Assembly (NCBI RefSeq): GCF_009914755.1
Contig: NC_060926.1
Length of the DNA stretch: 64,000 bases
Strand: one strand, 5' to 3'
Source of the DNA: the human T2T-CHM13v2.0 reference genome, Homo sapiens
A program made the position numbers and the translations under genes. The notes under the pieces are model-generated. The model worked only from the letters and a program-made list of their open reading frames with translations. It did not search any database and was not told the origin of the DNA. Below, in pieces: positions 13,592-24,153 of this stretch (position 1 is its first letter; each line of letters opens with the position of its first letter).

Positions 13592-14105
13592 TGTTGAGAG
13601 ACAATCTCTATGCATCTAGCTTGTTTCTGCACATCTTCTGAAAATAAGCACTGACAACTTTTGTTCTGAAATGTATTTTCAAGGATGTCGGTGTAGACAA
13701 CAGCCTTGAACGATAGAGTATCTCCCTCTGGGGAAGAGGAATATTCTGCTTGGTATCAAGAATGATAAAGATTGTCCTCCTCTGGGGCAAAGACCAGGAA
13801 GATCTTCTTGCAGTCCCCTCAAAATATTGTGGTTTTCTAACCTGGAGTTACTCAAGTGAAAGGCAAACCCTCCGTACATAAAATTTCTCTCCAGTATTCA
13901 CATCATCTTCATGGGACTTAAGGAACAGGTCAACAGGTCGAGGAATGGAAATATGAAATTTATGCTGTCTACTCTGGCATAAGTAATACAGACCTTTGCC
14001 TCTGTCCTAGGAATGCTGTGTCTTCTACCAGCATCCACAAAACTATGATAGGCTAATTAAGCTTGCAGGCAGACTAACATCTCTGACCCTTCAGAGTTCT
14101 TGACA
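13592..14105 (+). mobile_element. LTR40-like ERVL solo LTR
   Basis: 'tgttgagagacaatctcta...gacccttcagagttcttgaca'; near-identical 5-bp TSD agtgg/aatgg. Confidence 0.75.
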
Positions 14106-16187
14106 AATGGAAAAGTCTAGTAGGAAATAGAAGAATGCAATTATGAGTCTCACATGTAGGACTTCTTTTTGGGGGAAATGTTTCATTTATTGCCTTGGGT
14201 GGTAAATTCACATAAATATATGTACATTATTGTAAAATGCATAACATAAAGAAAGGCAACTAAATGAAAATTAAAATTATTAATAACCCAGTTTCATTAG
14301 AATTATTGCCGCAAATATTTTAAAGTCAAATAATTCCATGGCCTTTCTTTCAGAAAAAAAAATATTTTTTATATATGCTTTAAATAAAGTTATTATTTTA
14401 CTTTCATATCGATTTAAATAATATTTTAGGTGTCTATTTTTCATCTTTAAATATATTGCTTTTTATATTATAGTTCTTAATGATTGTAGATTGTTATATG
14501 GATTTACCATAATTTATTTATTTAGTGAATTTTCTATTGTTGAACACATATTTGGTTTTGTCTTTCATCCATGGCTTCTAATTCATTCAATGAAATTCAT
14601 ACTAAAGTAGCCTCCTCCATGTGCAGCTGCAGAGATGTACACCAGTTCTGGGAATGCGTTAACACATAGCATTAAATATAGCTCAATGGTGACTCATAGT
14701 ATAATAACACAGGTCAGGGAATGCTGGGTACTAGAGAGTTTAAATATAACTGCTCTAATGACAACAGTCTCCATTGCAAAGAACATATTTGGAAAGAAAT
14801 TCTCGATGGAATGAATATATATTGTTTTACTCCTAAGAGGATGATGATAGATATGTATGACAAGTATGGTGTCTATACACATCATTCATACTTTGATGTA
14901 TCACTTCCTTTGGCACATGGGATATTCATGTGTCCAAGCAAAGCAAGAACAAGACAAATCATTGGGAGGACATGGAATGAAGCTTTATATTTTTTGAGCA
15001 AGGAATACACTTTGGGTTTAATTTTGACATGTTGAGAAAAAGAAGAGTGACAGGTTTTTTGTTTGTTTGTTTTAATGGAAGAACTGATAATTGGCAAGCT
15101 CCTTGGAGAACTGCTAGATGCTATTAACTATGGAAAATCAACCTTACATTAGTTGTAATCAGAGAATGGTGTGAATGTATACAACTATTGGATATTTTAA
15201 TACATTTACACAGGTAGAATTTAATCTCCTGTTGTTCATAACAGATGACTTTTGGGGGCAGGAAACATGGGACAGACCAGTAAGCAAAGAAGTTATAAGT
15301 TGAAATTTTTCTCATTTTAATGACACTGGTTATTTCTCTCAATTAATTCTACAAAGTCTAGTTATAATAGTATGATTACTAGTAGAGATACAAGTGATTT
15401 ATTGAAAATATTTAGAGCCAGATATGTTACAAGTATGTGGAATTCTTCATATTTTAAACAGGAAATATGGTGCATAGATCTTATATTATATAATATCCAC
15501 AATAGTATTGACACAGCACTCCATAATCAAACTCTGTAATATAGCTGTAGTGAAACATATGAAGGTTCACTAAACTCTACTCTAAAGAGAAATAAAGACT
15601 ATAAAGAACCACATATCTTTCATTTCAAGTTTTGCTATCAAATGTATTTGCTGCAAATTTTGGTTTATGGGGCTTTTTAGGATTTTGGAATTATCTATGA
15701 AGCGGTGTATTTCAGTGTGCTATGACACAAATTAGCACAGCATAGCACAACAGAGTATATAATTCTTTTCAAATATTGAATAATTAATATCATATATGAT
15801 AGTTGCAAACATCTCAAATATGATCAGTGTCAAAAATATTTATGTGCCATTTGGATCTTTATTTTACATACTATGTAAGACACATTACATTATATTATAT
15901 TATATTTACATACTATATAAGACACATTACAAAATATCAGATAAGATATATGCATCTGCATGCTATTAAGTTGAAAGTGGCCATGTTTACAATTTAGTAA
16001 CATTATATCTTAATATATATTTAACTATACAAAACATGTTACTTCTGGCTCCAGAAAATGAAGAAAACTTAGCAAGTTATGGTTTATACTGCTACTTATT
16101 TTCTGTGCTTAATTTCTGGAAGCCAGAACATATTCATGGATAAAAACAACATGCTAGGGAACTCATACACAGAAAACTATGTCCTGA

Positions 16188-16401
16188 AGCAGGTTGTGGT
16201 GTTGCATGCCTGCAGACTCAGCTATTTGGGAGACCAAAGTGGAACAACTGCTTGAGCCCAGGAGTTCCAGGCTGTAGTGTGCATAATTCCAACTGTGAGT
16301 AGCTACTGCACTCCAGCCTGGGCAACATAGTGAGACCCAGTATTTTAAAAAAGTAAAAACAAAGTAAATTTAAAAATAGAAATTTTAGTCATTTTAAGCA
16401 A
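16188..16401 (+). mobile_element. FAM (fossil Alu monomer) with degenerate A-tail
   Basis: FAM-specific 'gtgtgcataattccaactgtgagtagctactgcactccagcctgggcaacatagtgagacc'; TSD agaaaactat[g/a]t[c/t]ctg at 16171 and 16402. Confidence 0.85.
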
Positions 16402-17399
16402 AGAAAACTATATTCTGTATCACTGAAACCAGCATCCTCAGATGGATGTCTAGATTGGTTAATGTCAGGCATTCTGCTGCAGGTGCTATCTTTCACTATC
16501 AGATTAGATGCTAAAACCATTGCACACAAAACCCAGATAATTTATAAAGTTGAACTTTTCTATGATGTTGCTTGATACCATAAAACACAGTAGCACTATT
16601 TTCAGCTGCAAAATCTTTCTTACCTTAAAATATTTTTTGCAAGAATTCAAGTACAATAATAATACTAGCTGCCAAAAATTATTGAGCATCGCCTATGCAT
16701 TAATCATTATTCTTGATTCTTTACTTGTAATATTAGATTTAATGCTTACTACATCTGCATGTAGAATATTATTAGTATCTACATACTATTCACAAGGGAT
16801 CTTGCCTAGAAAAGCAAAGACCTTTACCCAAGGCCGTGCAGATAAAAAGGGATATACCCAATTTGGAATGAGGTTCTGTGTGACCACAGACATTTGCTCT
16901 AGAACGCTTGATTGTTTTTATCTCTTTACTATGGTGATATTAAACCTTGGGTGTTTGTTAGTCAACAAGAGAATATCACCAAAACACATACATGATTCCT
17001 CTATTTGTTCATTTCACGGTAACTACTAGCTTTTCACAGCATTTCATATGTGTTCAGAATGATGCTAAAGGCAAATTCAATTTTTAAAATAATTTATTTG
17101 GGGTGTTATTTAAACCAGTAAAAGGAATCAACTTAAAAAGGTATTCAGAAGTATTCAAAGTGATTATTAAAGCAGTTAATAAACATCCTTTCATAAAGCA
17201 ATAAAACAGCAGGAACCTGAGGATGCTGGCTATTCACTATCTAAGCTGAATTATCAAAGCAATAAATAAAAAGTTCTGCAATAAGCAACCTCAGCAAACA
17301 AGAAATTAAGCATTTTTAAAATAGAAATAAAGAATTCTATGACAAGAGATCAAGAAGAAAGAATAAAAACTGTGGAGCTCCAAATTCTATGCTCTTCCT

Positions 17400-17580
17400 C
17401 TGTTAACTAATCCATGTAATACTTCACAGGTAGGTAAATATTAATCTCCCCAATTTGTAGGTAAGAGAACTGTGAGATTCTGTGAAATCACGTTATTTGT
17501 TCAAACCTCCAGCTTAAGTCTGCTGATAGACCAGAATCTCAAGGCAAATACCACAAGATCACACAGTGACTAAGTTCATC
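17400..17580 (-). mobile_element. MIR
   Basis: 'gtaggtaaatattaatctccccaatttgtaggtaagagaactgtgag'. Confidence 0.65.
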
Positions 17581-17769
17581 CTTTGTGTGAACAGATAATA
17601 TGAACCGAATTTTCACGGGGATTGAAATAAGTAACACAATTTTACATACATGCATACATATATACACACACATATACACAAAATCTAATTCTTAAGCATC
17701 TCAATGGGTACTACTGATATAACTGAATACATTTTTAAGAGATTTTGTGTAACTGACTTCTTCCTGTTA

Positions 17770-17802
17770 GAGAGAGGGGGGAGGAGAGAGAGAGAGAGAG
17801 AG
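17770..17802. repeat. (GA)n microsatellite
   Basis: Read directly from the sequence. Confidence 0.9.
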
Positions 17803-19139
17803 ATTGATTTAGGTGGATAAAAATAAAATGACTTGAATAAAAAACTGCTAATTATTGAAAGAACTAGAACACAGGTTTTTTATTCCTTGTCCAGAACTCC
17901 TAATTTTTTTTTCATTTGCAAGGTATCTTCAAGTTCTCATCAACTCTGTCACCAGGTCTTTATCTTCGAAATACTCTTCAGAGATTAACTAATTTCATCA
18001 GAAAAAATTGCAAAGTAATATAATATTTTGCTTTTGTACAAATATTTCAGTTTAGCAGTAACACATTTCCTCTAAATGCAAGTAAAACTCTCAATGGCAC
18101 AATATGTTTTGTTAATTTAGAAAAAATTTTCTACTTATTAGTTGGTTGTCATTGGACCAAAGGAAAACAAAAACAACAACAACAACAACAAAAATCCATC
18201 AGCACAGATCTTTGCTAATGATTTGAAAGCCTCTTGATGATATGAACACTCTGCAATTTAGGTTCATACGAAGAACGAAATGCACTGATAAATAAATAAT
18301 GGATAATAACACAGAAAATAAACTCAAGAGTTTAAAAATCATTTAATTGATTTAAAATATTCATATTGACTAGATTCCTCCATGTCCAAACATGGCATTA
18401 GTATAGAGACAAGGACACCATATCCAACTCATGTTCTATAGTTACTTTCAATCCTGCGGAAATCTTTGTCAAGAGCCTACTATGTGCTAGTATCCTTGGA
18501 AGCTTCCTTATATTTCATATTCAAAAAGAGGTAAAAGTAGAGAAAACCATATTTTGTTCACCAAGTTTCCTGAAACCTATAATTAAAAGAATGAAAATAA
18601 ATGGTAGCTTTCAGAAATCTTTGAGTATTCACCAAGTTGACTGTCCTCTTGTGATGGCATCACAAAGGGTGCTGATGAGCAGGTCTAAAGGAACAGAAAA
18701 GGTCTGGTAGATGCAATGACTGAGTAGTAGAGATAGAGACAGGGTTTGAAGAATGAATCAGGAATATGTAGTTGTGCAGACAAGAGGTTAGTTAACAAAT
18801 TGACAAATTGTTTTATGTCATGTCCATAGAAGTCAGGTTGTGTCCTGAGGGCACAGATCCAAGAGAAAAAAGAAAATGAAGACTTCAGCTATAAAAGATA
18901 AAAGTAGGTAGATTTGGTTTCTAGGCATTAGGTTGTCATTTTCATTTTTAAAATATTTTCCTTGACTATGACTACACATGAGACATAGATGACCAAAAGA
19001 AAACAAAGATTCAACTTGATTACAATCCCAGTTTGGAACAAATGAAACAATGCTCAATTATCTCATATTGGGTATGCACAATAATTTGAAGTTAGTAATG
19101 AACTCTTATACACTCTTATTTCTGAGTGTTATTACACAT

Positions 19140-19380
19140 GAGGAGTACTGAAGTTAATAGGTTGATCTCCAGACCCATTCAAGTCACAGCTGAGCTGCTT
19201 AGTAACACAGGATTTAGAGAGTTATATAACTTCTCTGAACATCACTTTCTGATTTCCAGCGTTGAAATCTCATTGGATTGCTATAAATATTAATGGGGAA
19301 AATTCAGATAAAATACAGAGCCATATAAAGCTGATAGTGAAAGCTTAATAAAAATTTAGCTCTTACTATAATTAAAATTA
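19140..19380 (+). mobile_element. MIR
   Basis: 'ttcaagtcacagctgagctgcttagtaac...agttatataacttctctgaacatcactttc'. Confidence 0.6.
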
Positions 19381-19579
19381 ATCAGTAATTGATAACGTTT
19401 ACAAGTTTGGGTTGGATTTTTTTGGACAAGACTCCAGATCCATGGAATAAATAGACAAATAATGGTTAATAAACAAGAAGAGTTTTTGATTGCATCTTTA
19501 AACAGTAACTTATAATAATTTCTCCAGGTAACTATCTACAACATAACTCATGACCCTGTTTATACCTATCAGTTTATTT

Positions 19580-19840
19580 AAAAAGTGACACAGCATAATG
19601 AAAATAGCAATTGTCTTTCTTGAAAACTGATGTACCTGAATTGGAACCCTAATCTCCTGCTACCTTAATAGTTTGACTTAATTTCTTATATCATCAGTTT
19701 TGTCAACTGCAAAATGTCAGTTACAATAATTCCTACTTAAAAGAGTCATTGTAAGGATTATGCTAGATGAAATAAATTAATATTTTCAGGAACACTTAAA
19801 ACAGCACCTGTTACATAGTGTTAATGTAAGTGGTTTTCAA
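19580..19840 (+). mobile_element. MIR
   Basis: 'tcagttttgtcaactgcaaaatg...cctacttaaaagagtcattgtaaggatta...cacttaaaacagcacctgttacatag'. Confidence 0.7.
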
Positions 19841-19930
19841 GTGAATTATGCCAACACTATTCTTACATAGATCTTATTCAAGAGAGAGAGCAAAAGCAGG
19901 AATTAGAGAGAGCAAGGCAAAACATGCAAG

Positions 19931-19939
19931 TGCACGCAC

Positions 19940-19970
<31 letters not shown>
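19931..19970. repeat. (CA)n microsatellite
   Basis: Read directly from the sequence. Confidence 0.95.
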
Positions 19971-20660
19971 GAGAATCACAATTCAGGAAACAGGACGCTA
20001 TTGTATCATTTAGATGTGTTATTAGTTTTTAAACTTCTCATGTTATTTATTGTTAAAAGGCTTTTGAGTAGGCAATATCTCTGCTAAATTACAATCACAA
20101 TAATTATGTTATTTCTTTCAAATAACAACTGATAAGTTCTCTTTTAAAAAGTGTTAAGGATAATCACAGTTAAGTCTAAGATGATGAACATCTTAGGTCA
20201 ATCAATGCTATCAATACCTTAAGATTCCTGCTTCTATTGTTTAGGATGGCAAAGATAACAGCTAAGTGGTTGCACTATTAAAATTGTAGAGTTTAGGGAC
20301 ACTGCAATTCCATTCCTCTTTGCTAGGTAGACAAAATTCAACTACAACAATTCACTTTATTAGATTCAGAATATTGAACTCAATATTCAAAACCATCTAA
20401 TATAGGGCCACAGAATTAACTATGTCTTCTCTTACAAGATCACTTAGAATTCAAATAGTAGAATAATAACAAAAATCAGAGTTAGAAAAATAACTACTTT
20501 AATATAACTGTGTATCTGGCTTGCATGGTTAGTTGTGTACAGCACAATTTTGGGGCTGTGCCTATCCTTAATTTTAGAGAAGCTTGTGATTTTCTTCAAG
20601 TAATTTTAAAGTTCAGGGAATAAACCATTTTAAGTTAGCATTTTTTTCCTCTCTACTTAC

Positions 20661-20729
20661 CTTCATGACCTAATTTAAATTCAAAATTTACTGAGGCATA
20701 CAAGAAGAGCTGTTATTTTGCATATGGGA
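20661..20729 (-). other. Candidate 69-nt non-coding or poison exon inside the inverted-repeat loop
   Basis: Acceptor ccatttcattttccag|TCCC, donor GAAG|gtaagt; stop codons in all three frames. Confidence 0.3.
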
Positions 20730-20932
20730 CTGGAAAATGAAATGGCCGTATCCCTGTTGTATGAGAAAATGAGATAAATCCAAGTTGCTTTGCATTCATA
20801 AAGTAGCAATGAGCTAAAAATCTCACAGCCAGATTCACACAGACACATTTATGCAAAAAAGTTTAAACCACATTCTACAGTAAGAAGCCACTTTGGGGAA
20901 TATTTTTTATCTATTCACCATTTTTTCAACAG

Positions 20933-20997
20933 TCTCTCTCCCTCCCTCCTTCTCTCTCTCTCTCTCCCATCCTTCTCATTCACTCTCTTTTCTTTTT
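20933..20997. repeat. (CT)-rich polypyrimidine tract
   Basis: Read directly from the sequence. Confidence 0.85.
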
Positions 20998-22176
20998 AAA
21001 ATTCCCATGACAGTTTCTAATGTTCACCTTAGACTTAACTGTGATTATCCTTAACAATTTTTAAAAGAGAACTTATCAGTTGTTATTTAAGAGAAATAAT
21101 ATAATTATTGTGATTGTAATTTAGCAGAGATATTACCTACTCAAAAGCCTTTTAACAATAAACAAAATGAGAAGTTTAAAAACTAATAACACATGTAAAT
21201 GATACACTGAGACAATATTCTGGCCAAAATATACCCCAGATTTATTACAGAAAACAAAAACAGCTTAGGGATCTGCTCTACATTTCCAGCAATTGAAAAA
21301 GAAGAGAAAAACAAGAAGAAACAGCAACAAACTGTTTACTGGATATGGGTCATGAGGGTATATGCAAACTAACAGCCTATTGCCTTCATCAGCTTCGCAA
21401 CCTTACCAAAGCTTTGGAAGGTATCAGAGCATATTCTTGGTACATATTATTCTCTCCTGCAAGACCTTGCTAAATCTCTACTTACCCTATGTGATTTAAA
21501 CATTCCACAGGAGTGGCAACATCCATACATTAATATGATTGCTTTTCTATATAAGCATGTCACTATTAAACCAGCATAATGGAGGTAAATGTGTTACATT
21601 ACTTTTCATTATTGGATTTAGTTGTGTTGGAAAATTCTTATTCTTTTATCCAGATTTTTTCTGAGTAAAAGCTTACATATTTGAGACAATAAATTGCAAC
21701 AGATACTTCTATAATCTATAGCTATGAAAAAGAATGTAAATTGTACATAAATCTCACCCTAATATTAATTTCATTCATATAATATTGAAAGCAGAAGTAG
21801 GATAATGCATCCAAAATTTAGGCCACTCTGGTAACATATTCTAATATTGCTTTTTCTTTTATATAGTCTGCAAATTTTGTTGACATGTCTTAGAGAATTC
21901 CACATAAAAATGTGGAAGGGAAAGCCACATTCCCAACAAATCCCTTCCAAAACTCTGATGAAAAGATACCTTTCTGACAAGATGCACTAAAAATTACATC
22001 ATGTAATTAGCATTTATGACTCACATGCACATCAATAATCTTCATCATTATGTTATATTTGGAGCATATCACCATTTACAAAGTTTTTATTATTCATTAA
22101 AACTTCACAAGGTGCCAGGCAGATCCAGTTAATCAATGAGTCATATAAATATATCTCCCCACCAACCCATACAGAG

Positions 22177-22207
22177 GTGCATGCGTGCGTGCATGTGTGC
22201 ACACACG

Positions 22208-22249
<42 letters not shown>

Positions 22250-22250
22250 C
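22177..22250. repeat. Compound (TG/CG)/(CA)n alternating purine-pyrimidine microsatellite
   Basis: Read directly from the sequence. Confidence 0.95.
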
Positions 22251-23582
22251 TCTTTGCTTCCTCTCTACTCTCACTGCTAATGCAGTATCTTTCTTTCCTT
22301 GGTCAATAAACTTCCAAATGATAGCTGGTTTCCAGATGTTCTCTGGTTAGCTCCTCCTCTACACTGCTACCTATATTAGTTCTCTAGAAGACAGTTTTAT
22401 AAAGATATTCTTAGTGATTCTTCTTTGGTTAAAAGACAAATCTCAATTTCTGAACAGATGAGACTTGCAAGAGTCTCTAACGACCTCCAAACTTGCTATT
22501 CGCATCTCCTGCTTCCCCTTCTCCATTCATGTGCTGGTTGCTCCAGCTAAAAGCAAACTGCTTACTATTGCCCATATTCTTTACTATTCCCACTCTTTTG
22601 GACCTGCAATGTTTAGCAGACATTATGCCATCACCCTAGAGTGATTTTTCTCATGAAAACTTACTAGGTATTACTTTTCTAGCTTATCCATAACCTTGTC
22701 TAGAGATACATGTATAAGAAAATTTCTGAGGTTTCTTTCTGAGACTCCTGGTGGAGTAAGTTGTCCCCATAAGAAGTCAAATTTTATTTGTTTTCAATTT
22801 TATACCATATTTTATATTATAGCATGACCAAATACATACTTGAGACTCCTGTCAAAAATGTAGATTTGTGGAAAGGACAGTTAATTTCCTAAGCTATAGC
22901 TACATTGACTGCTTCTGATCAGGGTGCATAATATCTATTATAAATGACATACAAAATACCATTCTTTATTCACATTTGCATTTGTTTATTCTAACATTGA
23001 GAAGAGCAATTTTACCTTCTCTTTCAAATTTTGAATGCTTTAATCTTTAATGACTTCACTAGCTGGGATTTGGTAAAAGAACAGGTTGAAAATGAGGTTT
23101 CACAAAGAACTCGTCTTTGAAAATCTTTCTGAATCTTTAATAAACTCTCAAGGTTGTTGAAAATGACCTCAGGGTCGTAAAATATTATTAGGCTTTACAA
23201 CTGCATATCTTGGGTGGGAACTAGTTGGCCAGAGCTTGGAGGGGAGATAAGTGGTTCCGTTAAATTCTCTTCTGTATAATACCTGGTGCTGCAGGGGAAC
23301 CCTGTGGGTATCTAGTAAGTATTATTTCAAGATAATGAATATATAAGGAAGCACTATGGCAGGCAAAATTTGTAATCTTACTTTGTTCTCATCCTATGTC
23401 ACAGAGAGTTCTGAGCAGCACAGTGAAACTGCTGCTTGACTGCAATGCTAGGGAAAATTCACTCAAGCATGTTCTTAGGGGTCAATTTTTAAACTATAAA
23501 ATGAAGTGTGATCAACTTTTTCAATGGCCTGTTTTTTAAAGTCCATTTGCTGTAATGATCATTGCTTAATGTTGTCTCTGTC

Positions 23583-23750
23583 TTTTCTGCTCAAAGCTTA
23601 ATTCATGGTCTGGCGGCTTTACCAACATCACCTGAGAATTCATTAGAAATCCAGAGTTTCAGATCCCACATCAGATATACTGTAGTAAAATCTGCATTTT
23701 AACAGGATCTTCAGTTGACTAAACACAGCTTAAAGTTTGAGAGGCACTAA
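23583..23750. mobile_element. MER5A (hAT-Charlie MITE)
   Basis: 'catcacctgagaattcattagaaatccagagtttcag...aatctgcattttaacaggatc...aaagtttgagaggcact'. Confidence 0.85.
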
Positions 23751-24153
23751 GCCATCAAGGAGCATAATTTTCTGGATTCTATTAGTTCGATACAACCTAA
23801 GACAATAAGACTTAGAATGTAAAATTAAAATATTATTCATTCATAACACACTAAGAAAGAAAATGTTTGCTGCCTATTTCTAGAGTGTTTTTGACCACCA
23901 AATCATATTTATCTTCATAGTCTCCTCTAATGAGTCGAGCAATTTTATATGTAGCACTTTTGATCCCATTTTGTACTTTGTATTTTAGTTATGTATGTGC
24001 AAGCTTCATTTATTAAGGAGTTATTTGAAATAATTGGATATAGGAACTTATTTTATACTTCATAGGACCTGGAAAACAAGCTTCCCAACATTCAGAAATT
24101 ATTATTATTCCATAGCATAGATCAATTCTTCACTGAAAAATAAATATTAGTTT

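Larger units (their letters stand above)
10840..14300 (+). mobile_element. Old L1 (L1ME/L1MC-type) ORF2 to 3'UTR remnant, interrupted by an L2-like piece (~11005-11120), MER51 and an LTR40-like LTR
   Basis: Decayed ORF2 phrases: 'ggctggttaaatattagaaaatatattaatg', 'cagatgatatgtatgtagaaaattcaaaagaaacc', 'gaatagacaaatagatcaa'. Confidence 0.75.
20002..21206. repeat. Long inverted repeat: 179-bp arms (20002-20180 and 21028-21206), ~850-bp spacer
   Basis: Manual alignment of the reverse complement of the left arm to the right arm: ungapped, 8 mismatches in 179 bp. Confidence 0.97.

Noticed and set aside
14721-15035. 104-aa ATG ORF
   Set aside because: No recognisable homology; overlapped by antisense ORFs of similar length, consistent with chance.
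16550-17029. 159-aa ORF, the longest outside repeats
   Set aside because: TTG start, Leu/Ile-rich composition typical of AT-rich non-coding DNA, no recognisable domain or exon structure.
17920-18290. Short protein-like minus-strand frames (SEEYFEDKDLVTELMRT; AFRSSYEPKLQSVHIIKRLSNH)
   Set aside because: No recognisable protein and incomplete splice signals.
20002-21206. Reading the inverted repeat as a pre-miRNA or a MITE
   Set aside because: The loop is far too long for a pre-miRNA; no TSD or known TIR motif, and the arms are too similar for an ancient human DNA transposon.
21486-21721. Another possible minus-strand exon (donor AGG|gtaagt)
   Set aside because: Splice-site pair only, in very AT-rich DNA, with no independent support.
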